From NCBI GenBank assembly GCA_934615235.1, contig CAKTTL010000002.1, forward strand, positions 6,184 through 70,183: a stretch of 64,000 bases of DNA, given 5' to 3'. Each line of letters begins with the position of its first letter. The first letter of the stretch is position 1. Under the pieces are notes generated by a model. That model made no database searches, was not told where the DNA came from, and saw only the letters and a program-made list of their open reading frames with translations. Position numbers and translations under genes: made by a program. The DNA is from an uncultured Clostridia bacterium. GTDB lineage: Bacteria > Bacillota > Clostridia > Christensenellales > Aristaeellaceae. Below are positions 8,840 to 17,576 of the stretch, piece after piece.

Positions 8840-9860
8840 CGAACATCGCCTCCCAATCTTCGCCGAGTTCGGCGAGGAACGCGGCCAGCAGCCGCGCGCC
8901 CTCTTCAATCGTATCCAGCGATACGGTCTCGACGGTTGTATGCATGTATTTCAGCGGCAGCTCGATGAGCACCGTCGGCACGCCCGCGCGCGCCATCATC
9001 AGGTCGTCCGCGTCCGTCCAGGTGCCGTCCGCCGCGACGCTCGTCTGTGCGTCGACGCGCAGTTTTTTGCAGATTTCAAACATCCGCTTGTGCAGCGCGG
9101 GCGTGATGAACGGCCCTTCGGACATGACGATCTTCTCCAGCGGGAAGGTGTCGCCCTCGTCGCAGCCGGGCATGGAGCCGTGCGTTACGTCGATGGCGAC
9201 GCCGATATCCGGATCGATCGCCCAGCAGCCGGTCTGCGCGCCGCGCCCGCCGACCTCCTCCTGCGAGGTGGCCGTGAACAGCGCCTGACAGCGCAGGTCC
9301 GTGTGCTGCAGAAGCTCCGCCGCACGCAGCATCATCGCCACGCAGCCGCGGTCGTCGATCGTCTTGCAGGCGAGGCGGTTGTTTTCCAGCTTCGTCGCCG
9401 GGCCGTACAGCGTAATCGGCGTGCCGGGATGGACGATCGCCTTCACGCGCTCCGCCGCGAGCCCGAGGTCGACGAAAAGCGACTGCATTTTATGATTTTT
9501 CTTTTCATCGCCGCCCTGCGGCGCAAGGATAACGCCCGTCATCGGGCCTTCTTCGGTGTAAACCGTAACGCGGCTGGCGGGCAGAATGCGCGGATCCACG
9601 CCGCCGATGGAGCCGAAACGAATCGCGCCGTCGTCCTCGACCGCCGTCGCCATCAGGCCGATTTCGTCCAGATGCGCGGCGATCATCACGCGCGGGCCGC
9701 GGGAGCCCAGCCGCGCGGTCATGTTCTGCATCGCGTCGACCGTCACTTCATCGCACAGCGGGCGGAAATACTCCGCCAGCCGCTCGGCGACCGGGCCTTC
9801 GTCGCCGGAAAGGCCGCGCACGGCCGTAACGTCGCGCAGGAACGCTTCGATAGAAACCAA
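8832..9860 (-). CDS. M42-family metallo-aminopeptidase, paralog 1 of 3
   Basis: 342 aa with GLSGDE, HLDEIG, DDRG and QEEVGGRGA motifs. Confidence 0.8.
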   Translation of the reverse strand: MVSIEAFLRDVTAVRGLSGDEGPVAERLAEYFRPLCDEVTVDAMQNMTARLGSRGPRVMIAAHLDEIGLMATAVEDDGAIRFGSIGGVDPRILPASRVTVYTEEGPMTGVILAPQGGDEKKNHKMQSLFVDLGLAAERVKAIVHPGTPITLYGPATKLENNRLACKTIDDRGCVAMMLRAAELLQHTDLRCQALFTATSQEEVGGRGAQTGCWAIDPDIGVAIDVTHGSMPGCDEGDTFPLEKIVMSEGPFITPALHKRMFEICKKLRVDAQTSVAADGTWTDADDLMMARAGVPTVLIELPLKYMHTTVETVSLDTIEEGARLLAAFLAELGEDWEAMFDA

Positions 9861-9988
9861 CAGACCACTTCCTTCGCAAGGAAATTTTTGCTATAATAAA
9901 AAGCAATCCACGGCAATTATAGCATGGCGGAAATTACCAGTCAACAAAACCGCCCCGACCGGCGTTAACTATACATCGGGAGGCGATT

Positions 9989-10630
9989 TTGTTGAAGAAA
10001 ATCTGCATCGTGCTTTTGATTCTGTCGCTGTATGCGCTCTCTGCCGGGGTGGCGTATTCGACCGCGCAGGGCGCGGTTGATCAGATCCCGTTCGACGCGG
10101 GGTGTCTCGACGAGGCGCACGAGGACGGCGACTTCTCGCTTGAGACGGAAACGGAGCCGCTCGCCGTGCAGCCCGGGCCGCAGATGCTCGACCCGACGCG
10201 CGTGTTTCCGCTGCCCGCCGGGAGCGGCTACAGTTATGAGGACGGTTTTGGCGACGGACGCGATTTCGGCGGTACGCGCTCGCACGAGGGCGTGGATATT
10301 ATCGTGGACGAGGGCACGCCGGTTCTGAGCGCGTGCAACGGGACGATCACGAAAATGGGCTGGCTGACGCTGGGCGGCTGGCGCATCGGCGTGGAGGACG
10401 CGTTCGGCGTGTATCATTATTACGCGCATCTTTCCGCTTATGCCGAAGGGCTGGAAATTGGCGATACGGTGCGCGCGGGGGACGTGCTGGGGTTCGTGGG
10501 CAGCACCGGCTACGGGCCGGTGGGCACGAGCGACCAGATGATCCCGCATCTGCATTTCGGCGTATATGTAAACGACGTGGCGGTGAACCCGTACCCCTAT
10601 TTGCGGGCATGGGACACGCAGCAGGAATAG
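9989..10630 (+). CDS. M23/LytM-family peptidase, secreted
   Basis: N-terminal signal-like segment, HEGVDI and HLHFGV zinc-ligand motifs. Non-ATG start (TTG at 9989 or 9992) after GGGAGG. Confidence 0.8.
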   Translation: MLKKICIVLLILSLYALSAGVAYSTAQGAVDQIPFDAGCLDEAHEDGDFSLETETEPLAVQPGPQMLDPTRVFPLPAGSGYSYEDGFGDGRDFGGTRSHEGVDIIVDEGTPVLSACNGTITKMGWLTLGGWRIGVEDAFGVYHYYAHLSAYAEGLEIGDTVRAGDVLGFVGSTGYGPVGTSDQMIPHLHFGVYVNDVAVNPYPYLRAWDTQQE

Positions 10631-10633
10631 GAC

Positions 10634-11947
10634 ATGACGGAGATTGCAAAAGAATTCTGGGAAATTTCGCTTTCCAGGCTGCCCGCGGAGGAAATGAACG
10701 CCTTTCGCGCGGCGATGGAAACGGGCGCGCATGCGCGCGGACTGCGCCTGCGGCCCGGCGTGACGATCGAAAACGTGCGGGCCGCGCTGCCGGACGCATA
10801 CGAGCCGATCCCGTGGGCGCGCGGGGCGTATTATATTGCGTCCGAATCGCGCGCCGGGGCGCATCCGCTGCATGCGGCGGGCGCGTATTATTTGCAGGAG
10901 CCGAGCGCGATGGCCGCTGTGGCGGCGCTGGACGTGCGTCCCGGGCAGCGCGTGCTCGATCTGTGCGCCGCGCCGGGAGGAAAGTCTACGCAGATCGCGG
11001 GGCTGCTGGAGGGGTGCGGCGCGCTCGTCTGCAACGAAATCGTGCCTTCGCGCGCGAAAATTCTTTCGCAGAATATCGAGCGGATGGGTGTCGCAAACGC
11101 CGCCGTTACGAACGAAGCGCCGCCGAAGCTTGCCGCGCGCTTTGCGCGCCTGTTCGATCGCGTGCTGGTAGATGCGCCCTGCTCCGGTGAGGGGATGTTC
11201 CGCCGCGAGGAGGCCGCGCGCGCCGAGTGGCGGCCGGACAGCCCTGCGGGCTGCGCGGCGCGGCAGCGAGAGGTGCTTCAGAGCGCGGCGGAGACGGTCG
11301 CTCCCGGCGGACTGCTCGTCTATTCCACCTGCACGTTTAACGAAATGGAAAACGAGCAGAACGTGCGCGCGTTTCTTGCGGCGCACGGCGATTTCGCTGC
11401 CGAGGATTTTACGCTGCCCGGCGTGGGCGCGTCCGAAAACGGCTGCCTGCGGCTCTGGCCGCATCGGCTGCGCGGCGAGGGACATTTTGTGGCGCGTATG
11501 CGCCGCAAAGGGGAACCTGAAACCGAAACGCCGGAAGGAGATTGCGTTTCCGTTTCCGAACTGCTGCCCGGTTTCGACGAGCGAATTCCCGGCCGGCTCG
11601 TTCGTGCGGGCAATATGCTCTGGGCGCGGCCGGAGTGTCTGCCGGAAATGCACGGCGTGCGCGCGCTGCGAGAGGGCCTGTGCCTGGGGGAAATGCGCGG
11701 GAAGCTGTTCTTTCCCGATCATGCGCTGGCGCTGGCGATGCCGGGCGACATCGGCCCCGCCGCCGAGCTGGACGGAGAAGCCGCGAAAGCGTACCTGCGC
11801 GGCGAATCGCTGCCCGCTCCCGCCGGAACCGGCAAGGGCTGGCTGCGCGTGCGATATCTGGATATGCCGCTGGGGTGGGCAAAATGCGCCGACGGCCAGC
11901 TGAAAAATCACCTGCCCAAAGGCTTGCGAAGAAACTACGAGGTATGA
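10634..11947 (+). CDS. RsmB/RsmF-type (NOL1/NOP2/Sun) RNA cytosine-C5 methyltransferase
   Basis: 437 aa with the SAM-binding block DLCAAPGGKSTQ and catalytic regions DAPCSGEG and YSTCT. Confidence 0.85.
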   Translation: MTEIAKEFWEISLSRLPAEEMNAFRAAMETGAHARGLRLRPGVTIENVRAALPDAYEPIPWARGAYYIASESRAGAHPLHAAGAYYLQEPSAMAAVAALDVRPGQRVLDLCAAPGGKSTQIAGLLEGCGALVCNEIVPSRAKILSQNIERMGVANAAVTNEAPPKLAARFARLFDRVLVDAPCSGEGMFRREEAARAEWRPDSPAGCAARQREVLQSAAETVAPGGLLVYSTCTFNEMENEQNVRAFLAAHGDFAAEDFTLPGVGASENGCLRLWPHRLRGEGHFVARMRRKGEPETETPEGDCVSVSELLPGFDERIPGRLVRAGNMLWARPECLPEMHGVRALREGLCLGEMRGKLFFPDHALALAMPGDIGPAAELDGEAAKAYLRGESLPAPAGTGKGWLRVRYLDMPLGWAKCADGQLKNHLPKGLRRNYEV

Positions 11948-12350
11948 CGAGGGGAGACGCTGGGGCGGCCGCCTTTCTGAGAAAGGCGCCTCCCCAGACC
12001 CCGCCCGGAAAGCGCATCGCCGTCCGAAAGGGCGGCGTTTTTTCGGGAAAACGTAACGCGCGCCCGCCGCTTCTGCGGAGAGACGAGAGGGGAGACGCTG
12101 GGGCGGCCGCCTTTCTGAGAAAGGCGCCACCCCAGACCCCACCCGGAAAGCACATCGCCGCCCGAAAGGGCGGCGTTTTTTCGGGAAATGCAACGCGTGC
12201 CCACCGCTTCTGCGGAGAGACGAAGGGGAGACGCTGGGGCGGCCGCCTTTCTGAGAAAGGCGCCTCCCCAGACCCCACCCGGAAAGCACATCGCCGCCCG
12301 AAAGGCGGCGAATTTTCCCGGAAAACGCAACGCGCGCCCGCCGCCCCCTC
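11947..12350 (+). repeat. Tandem array, 3 units of ~136-138 bp, each with a long imperfect hairpin plus a GAAA-tetraloop hairpin followed by a T-run
   Basis: The GGGGAGACGC unit landmark recurs at 11951, 12089 and 12225. Each unit contains CGCCGCCCGAAAGGGCGGCG followed by TTTTTT (weaker in unit 3). Confidence 0.85.
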
Positions 12351-12390
12351 CGGGCGGACGCGTTAAAAAGCGGCTTTCTCGGGGGAGCGC

Positions 12391-12426
12391 GAGGGGGTAC
12401 TCTTTCTCCAGAAAGAGTACCCCCTC
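12391..12426. other. GC-rich 16-bp stem-loop at the convergent rsmF-like/ppx junction (no canonical U-tract on either strand)
   Basis: GAGGGGGTACTCTTTCT-CCA-GAAAGAGTACCCCCTC. Confidence 0.4.
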
Positions 12427-12453
12427 GCAAAGAAAAGAAAAGAAAAACCTCCC

Positions 12454-13353
12454 TTACACCGCCTTCCCTGCTGCCTCCAGTAAAGCTCCGTCAAGATTGG
12501 TGCGCTTGGTTGCTGTTATTGCGGGAAGGTTGAGGGTGCGCATTGCGGCATAGAGGATGACCGCGCCGTGCGCGACGACTTCCGCGCGCGAAGCGGGAAG
12601 GCCGGGCACCTGCGCGCGTTCGGGAACGGTCATGCGGCAGAGCCTGTCCGTCCAGCCGCGGACGGCGTCGAGCGTCAGCTGCCAGCCCTCTGCGCCTTCG
12701 GGGTCGAGTCCGAGCCGCAGCCTGTCCGCCACGGCCAGCCGGTAACCGTTTCCGCCGACGCTCATGAACTTGCGCGGCGTTTCGCGAACGCCCAGGGTTT
12801 CGACGCCTGCGCGGAGAATCGCTTCAGCCTCGTCCAGCGCGCGGAGCGCGTTTTCGACCGTCAAATCCGGAAAGACCTGCAGTAGCCGCGACGAACCGAG
12901 CTGCAGGCTGATCGTTTTCAGATGCCCGCCGTCGAGCAGCGCCAGCTCTGTCGAGCCGCCGCCGATATCGAGCACGCCCGTGCCCGCCGCGCCGCTCGTC
13001 GCGCCCAGGAAGGAGAGCCGCGCTTCTTCCTCGCCGGAAAGAATTTCCAGCGGCGCGCCGCACAGCGCCTCGACGAGCTCGCAGAATTCCGCGCCGTTTT
13101 TCGCGTCGCGCGTTGCGCTGGTGGCGAAAAGGCGCAGGGTTTCGCAGCCTTCGCCGCGCGCGCGTTCGACGAGCGCTGCGGCCGCTGCGGCGGTGTGCAT
13201 CATGCGTTCCGCGCTCAGCGCGCCGTTTTCCAGCCCGGAGAAAAGCCGCGTATCTTCGCGCAGACGCAAAAAAGGCGCGATTTGACCCGCGCCGATTTCT
13301 GCCGCCAGCATCCGCGTTGAGTTTGAACCAATTCCAACCGCCGCTGCGCGCAT
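12454..13353 (-). CDS. Ppx/GppA-family phosphatase (exopolyphosphatase / guanosine pentaphosphate phosphohydrolase)
   Basis: 299 aa with N-terminal AAVGIGSNSTRML and DIGGGSTEL actin-like ATPase-fold motifs. Confidence 0.8.
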   Translation of the reverse strand: MRAAAVGIGSNSTRMLAAEIGAGQIAPFLRLREDTRLFSGLENGALSAERMMHTAAAAAALVERARGEGCETLRLFATSATRDAKNGAEFCELVEALCGAPLEILSGEEEARLSFLGATSGAAGTGVLDIGGGSTELALLDGGHLKTISLQLGSSRLLQVFPDLTVENALRALDEAEAILRAGVETLGVRETPRKFMSVGGNGYRLAVADRLRLGLDPEGAEGWQLTLDAVRGWTDRLCRMTVPERAQVPGLPASRAEVVAHGAVILYAAMRTLNLPAITATKRTNLDGALLEAAGKAV

Positions 13354-13778
13354 CAGTTTGTACCCTCCGTGTTCGTAGGTTCGATCGGCGTTTCCTGCAG
13401 GTCGTCCGTTTCAACGCCGTCGTTCTCGGCGCTGAAATTCGGGACGATGCCTTCGAGCAGCTGCTTGGTGTTGTCGCTGTTTTCGCTGCCGAGGACGAGG
13501 CGAATTTCGTTTTCGCCCAACAGGTTGTAGCGCTTGCGCGCCTCCTGCTCGATGTATTCGTCGGTGTCCATGAATTCCAGCTTGCGCTGAAGCTCTTCGT
13601 TTGCGGCGTAAGCCGCGAGCACCTGTTCCTGCGCGCGGTCGATTTGCTGCTGCATCTCGTCGATGCGCGCGTTCGCCTTGATAATGGCGCAGACGAGCAG
13701 GATCGCCGGGATGGCGAGCAGCAGCAGAAACCGCGGCCGCACCTGCACTTTTTTGTTCAGCCAGTTATCTCCCGCCAT
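13353..13778 (-). CDS. divIC: Septum formation initiator family protein (DivIC/FtsB)
   Basis: 141 aa with a single N-terminal TM and a coiled coil. It follows yabP-yabQ, as in the conserved Firmicute cluster. Confidence 0.75.
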   Translation of the reverse strand: MAGDNWLNKKVQVRPRFLLLLAIPAILLVCAIIKANARIDEMQQQIDRAQEQVLAAYAANEELQRKLEFMDTDEYIEQEARKRYNLLGENEIRLVLGSENSDNTKQLLEGIVPNFSAENDGVETDDLQETPIEPTNTEGTN

Positions 13779-14097
13779 GACAAATCCTTTCCGGGTTGTT
13801 TTTTCGGCGCAGGGCGCCGAACAGAGCGCACGCCGCGCGCCGCACGCCCGCTTCCCAGAACAGGAAGCCGCACAGCACGCCCAACAGCATGTAAAGCCGC
13901 AAACCGGCCACGTCGCCCAGCGCGCAGGCCAGCGAAGTCAGCAACGCCGCGATCGCCCAAAAGAGCAGATCGATCAGGCCGGTGAGCCACGCGCCCGCTT
14001 TCGCTGCGCGCCGCAGCCTGCGCAGCGCGCCATAAACGAGCGCGCAGGCTACGCCCGCCGTCAGCGCGAGCGCGAACGCCCTTGCCTGCGCCGGCAT
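13765..14097 (-). CDS. yabQ: Spore cortex biosynthesis protein YabQ
   Basis: 110-aa small polytopic membrane protein (..LIDLLFWAIAAL..LRLYMLLGVLCG..), directly downstream of yabP. Confidence 0.7.
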   Translation of the reverse strand: MPAQARAFALALTAGVACALVYGALRRLRRAAKAGAWLTGLIDLLFWAIAALLTSLACALGDVAGLRLYMLLGVLCGFLFWEAGVRRAACALFGALRRKNNPERICHGGR

Positions 14098-14394
14098 TTA
14101 GCGGAACATCCTCGAAAGGAGGCCGCCGCGTTTTGCGGAAGGCGCGTCGCCGTATTCAAGCGCCGCGACATGCCCTTCGACGGTCACCTTGCCTTCTTCG
14201 AGATTGAGCTGCGAAATATGCAGCCCTTCGCCTAGAAGCGCAATTTCCCCCGCATCGGAGGTCATTACGATTTCCTGCTCGTTAAAGCTGGCCACGTCGG
14301 TTACGCCCGTCAGTTTCACCGCGCTGCGGTTATCCACCGTCACGCTGTGCGCGCGCTGCGGCAGATGCTTTTCGCCCGTCTGTTCTTTGTTCAT
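14098..14394 (-). CDS. yabP: Sporulation protein YabP
   Basis: 98 aa with the ..VTVDNRSAVKLTGVTDVASFNEQEIVM..GEGLHISQLNLEEG.. pattern typical of YabP. Confidence 0.8.
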   Translation of the reverse strand: MNKEQTGEKHLPQRAHSVTVDNRSAVKLTGVTDVASFNEQEIVMTSDAGEIALLGEGLHISQLNLEEGKVTVEGHVAALEYGDAPSAKRGGLLSRMFR

Positions 14395-14475
14395 TCGCTC
14401 TTCCTCCTTCCGGCCTGTGCGCTATACCATATGCCGGGGAAGGAAGGGTTAGAATAGGCGGCTTTGCCGCCCTGA

Positions 14476-15387
14476 TTACCAGAGCCTGTCGGGGTAGACG
14501 CCCTCGGCTGTTTTCTGCCGGATCGCTTCAACGACGGCGGGCTTATCCTGCCTGTGCGTCACGCCGAACCAGCGCTCGCGGCAGGGAAGCACCTGGGCCG
14601 TCGCGCGGCCCGCGGCAAGCGATTCCGCGACGACTGTGGGCAGATAATACTCCGCCTTGAGCGGATTTTTGGGCGCGGCCTCGCGCAGGAAGCGGACGAA
14701 TCCATCCTCCATCGCCGGGAAAATATCGGGCGTGAAGCCCCAGAGGTTCAGCGAAACGAGCGTATCGTCGGGCAGGCGCTCGTAATGCGCGCCGTCTTCG
14801 GTGAAGAGCGCGCCGTCGCAGGTCGAAATGATGTGCGTGCGCTCCGTTACGGAGAGCAGGCGGTGGGTTTCGTCCACCTCGCAGACGCCGCGCGCTACGC
14901 TACCGTTTTCGGAGAGCGTGTTCAGCAGCTCGTAGCCGACCATGCAGTATTCGCCGGATTGCGCCTGGCTTAAAAAATCGAAAATTTCCTTCATGCCGCC
15001 GGGGCCGTAATAATCGTCCGCATTTACGGCGGCGAACGGCGCGTCGACCATCTCGCGGCAGCTGCGCACGGCGTGAGCGGTGCCCCAGGGCTTGACGCGT
15101 CCCTCCGGTACGGCAAAACCGGCGGGCAGATCGTCCAGCCGCTGCACGGCGCAGCGAATTTCCAGCGCGTTGCCGACGCGGCGGCGGATATCCCGCTCAA
15201 AACCGTCCTCGGCCATCTTCGGGCTGATGATGAATACGGCCTCGTCGAACCCGGCGCGATGCGCGTCGTAAAGGGAATAATCCATCAGCGCCTGGCCGTT
15301 CGAACCGACGGGATCGAGCTGCTTCAGTCCGCCGTAACGGCTTCCCATACCTGCAGCCATCACGACAAGTAACGGTTTTTTAACCAA
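14476..15387 (-). CDS. Sugar-phosphate nucleotidyltransferase-family protein
   Basis: 303 aa with the N-terminal MAAGMGSRYGGLKQL nucleotide-binding signature. Substrate unknown. Confidence 0.65.
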   Translation of the reverse strand: MVKKPLLVVMAAGMGSRYGGLKQLDPVGSNGQALMDYSLYDAHRAGFDEAVFIISPKMAEDGFERDIRRRVGNALEIRCAVQRLDDLPAGFAVPEGRVKPWGTAHAVRSCREMVDAPFAAVNADDYYGPGGMKEIFDFLSQAQSGEYCMVGYELLNTLSENGSVARGVCEVDETHRLLSVTERTHIISTCDGALFTEDGAHYERLPDDTLVSLNLWGFTPDIFPAMEDGFVRFLREAAPKNPLKAEYYLPTVVAESLAAGRATAQVLPCRERWFGVTHRQDKPAVVEAIRQKTAEGVYPDRLW

Positions 15388-15464
15388 ATTTTATCGCCTC
15401 CATCCCGTCTATGATAAAAGGGTTTGCTTTTTTTGTCAAGCCAATGCGCGAAATCTCCGGCCGG

Positions 15465-15917
15465 TTATTCAATTTCTTCGCCGCGCTCCAGCGCGGAAAT
15501 CATATCCACGCGCGTCTGATGGCGGCCGCCTTCGAAGCCCGTCGTGAGGAAAATTTCAAGAATCATCTTCGCGAGTTCGGGGCCGATGACGCGCGCGCCC
15601 AGCGCGAGCATATTCGAATCGTTGTGCAGGCGGGTGTACTTGGCGGTATAGCAGTCGCCGCAGAGCGCGCAGCGGATGCCGCGGATTTTGTTGGCCGCGA
15701 GCGAAACGCCCACGCCCGTGCCGCAGACGACGACGCCGCGATCCGCTTTGCCTTCAGCCACCATTTTCGCCGCGCGCGCGCTGAAGATGGGATAGTGGTT
15801 CGCTTCGCCTTCAAACGCGCCGCAGTCGACGCACTCGTGTCCCAGTTCCGCCGCGTAAGCCATCAGTTCTTTTTTCAGCGCCTGCGCGCAGTTATCGCAA
15901 CCAAATGCCAGTTTCAT
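15465..15917 (-). CDS. rpiB: RpiB/LacA/LacB-family sugar-phosphate isomerase
   Basis: The likely start is the ATG at 15917 (MKLAFGCDN..) behind GGAGG, not the track start at 15986. GVVVCGTGVG motif present. Confidence 0.8.
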   Translation of the reverse strand: MKLAFGCDNCAQALKKELMAYAAELGHECVDCGAFEGEANHYPIFSARAAKMVAEGKADRGVVVCGTGVGVSLAANKIRGIRCALCGDCYTAKYTRLHNDSNMLALGARVIGPELAKMILEIFLTTGFEGGRHQTRVDMISALERGEEIE

Positions 15918-16000
15918 TTTCAAATCCTCCGTCAGGTGATTTGCTCGAAGCGCTCTAATGTTATCACCTGGCGCATGCTTTCGCAAGCGCTTTTGCCTGC

Positions 16001-16082
16001 GTGTATCTGAAAAATTCCCGGAGATTCCATCACGGGAACGGACGAAAAAGCCGCTCGAGCTGCCGCCTCTTCCTTTTTCAGA
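16001..16082 (+). repeat. Internally deleted derivative of the MITE-like element (~82 bp)
   Basis: Retains the 5' ~35 nt (GTGTATCTGAAAAATTCCC..CCATCACGG) and the 3' ~45 nt (GACGAAAAAGCCGCTCGAGCTGCCGCCTCTTCCTTTTTCAGA). The outermost right terminus is lost. Confidence 0.7.
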
Positions 16083-16174
16083 CGCGCTCTGGACGACCGG
16101 GAAGGAAAAACGGGAGATTTGTCGAAATGTTATAAGAATGCGCTTTGCGCAACTGCGAACGGAGGGTAAATTTT

Positions 16175-17269
16175 ATGAAAACGGAAATTAACCGGCAGAC
16201 GATGCTGGGCCTGGCGATGCGGGCGTGCGAGACGATGATGCGTAAGTTCGCGCCGGAGGATCTGCCGCCGAAGGGGCATTTTCATTATCATCAGGGCGTA
16301 TTCCTTTCCGGCATGTACAAAACGTACGAACTTTGCGGAGAAGAAAAATACTTCGCCTATGTCAAGGCGTGGGTCGATTCGATTCTCGATCCGTACGGCG
16401 ATATCACTTCTTTCAACCCCGGTCAGCTGGACGATCTGCAGCCGGGCGTGCTGCTGTTCCCGCTTTTGAAGGCGACGGGGGATACGCGCTATCGCGATGC
16501 GCTGGATACGATTGCGTATTATATTTCCACCTTCCCGCATACGAAGGAAGGCGGCTTCTGGCACAAGGCGTGGTATCACGAGCAGATGTGGCTTGACGGC
16601 CTGTATATGGCGGGCCCGTTCAGCGTGGAATACGGCGCGACGTTCGGCCGCCGCGATCTGATTGAAAGCGCGGTCTTCCAGGCGAAGATGATGCGCGAAA
16701 AGACGCGCGACGCGCGCACGGGGCTGTGGTATCACGCCTGGGACGCGACGCGCCGCCAGCCCTGGGCCGACCCGGCGACCGGGCGTTCGCCCGAATTCTG
16801 GGGCCGTTCGATGGGCTGGGTGCCCGTGGCGCTGCTGGAAGAATACGAGCTGCTGCAGCCGGACGATCCTGCGTGCGAGGCGCTGGCGGAAGTCGCGTGC
16901 GATCTGCTGCGCGCGCTCTGCCCCTGGCAGGACGAGAAGACCGGCCTGTGGTATCAGGTCGTCAATAAGGGCGACAGGCCGGAGAACTGGCATGAGATTT
17001 CCTGCTCGTGCCTGTACGTCGCGGCGCTGTGCCGCGCGGTGCGCCTGGGGCTGATGGACGAGGGCGCGCTCGAGATTGCGCGCAAGGGCTGCGCGGGCGT
17101 CGTTGAGAGCCTGCAGGAAGCGGGCGACGATCTGCTTATCGGCGGCGTGTGCGTCGGTACGGGCGTGGGAGATTACGCGCACTACTGCGCGCGCCCCGTC
17201 AGCGTGAACGACCTGCACGGCGTGGGCGCGTTCCTGCTGATGTGCGCGGAAACGGCGAAGGCGTTCTGA
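16175..17269 (+). CDS. Glycoside hydrolase family 105/88 (unsaturated rhamnogalacturonyl/glucuronyl hydrolase, YteR-like)
   Basis: Start at ATG 16175 after GGAGGG. Contains ..HYHQGVFLSGM.., ..WLDGLYMAGPF.. and ..FWGRSMGWV.. blocks typical of the family. Confidence 0.75.
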   Translation: MKTEINRQTMLGLAMRACETMMRKFAPEDLPPKGHFHYHQGVFLSGMYKTYELCGEEKYFAYVKAWVDSILDPYGDITSFNPGQLDDLQPGVLLFPLLKATGDTRYRDALDTIAYYISTFPHTKEGGFWHKAWYHEQMWLDGLYMAGPFSVEYGATFGRRDLIESAVFQAKMMREKTRDARTGLWYHAWDATRRQPWADPATGRSPEFWGRSMGWVPVALLEEYELLQPDDPACEALAEVACDLLRALCPWQDEKTGLWYQVVNKGDRPENWHEISCSCLYVAALCRAVRLGLMDEGALEIARKGCAGVVESLQEAGDDLLIGGVCVGTGVGDYAHYCARPVSVNDLHGVGAFLLMCAETAKAF

Positions 17270-17280
17270 CCTTTCCCTTA

Positions 17281-17448
17281 CTTAGGGTGTATCTGAAAAA
17301 TTCCCTGAGACTCCATCACGGCGTCTTTTCCGCCACTTCTGCGTCGGAAAACCTCGATTTAGCCCCACTAAACCTTCGGTTTCCCTCCTTGAACTGACGA
17401 AAAATCCGCTCGTGCTGTCGCCTCTTCCTTTTTCAGATACACCCTAAG
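17281..17448 (+). repeat. MITE-like dispersed element, full-length copy 2 (best-preserved termini)
   Basis: CTTAGGGTGTATCTGAAAAA ... TTTTTCAGATACACCCTAAG, a 20-bp perfect inverted repeat. It lies between convergent GH105 and GntR genes. Confidence 0.85.
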
Positions 17449-17576
17449 GCAATCCCGCACAATATCGCGCAAAGGCTGACGGACGCCTTTACGCCGTCTG
17501 CTGTTTGCAGCTTTCTTGACGTACCGCCGGTACGCCTGCGAAATCTGCAATTCGCATTCGGCGCAAATTCATCTCG

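Noticed and set aside
11947-12350. Possible CRISPR array, since it consists of regularly spaced repeats.
   Set aside because: The whole ~137-bp unit is repeated, including the would-be spacers. There are no unique spacers, the repeat length is wrong, and there are no cas genes in the window.
9965-12430. 821-aa minus-strand ORF, the longest in this part of the track.
   Set aside because: It runs antisense through the M23 peptidase and RsmB/F-like genes and then through the tandem repeat array, where it gives repeated GEAPFSERRPPQRLP-type peptides. Its composition is the Arg/Pro/Gly-rich pattern expected from antisense GC-rich DNA. It has no motifs.
14325-14340. DnaA-box-like 9-mer (TTATCCACC), considered as a hint of oriC near the gyrase genes.
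   Set aside because: It is a single imperfect box inside the yabP coding sequence. I saw no cluster of boxes or AT-rich unwinding element near gyrB by eye. This was not an exhaustive scan.
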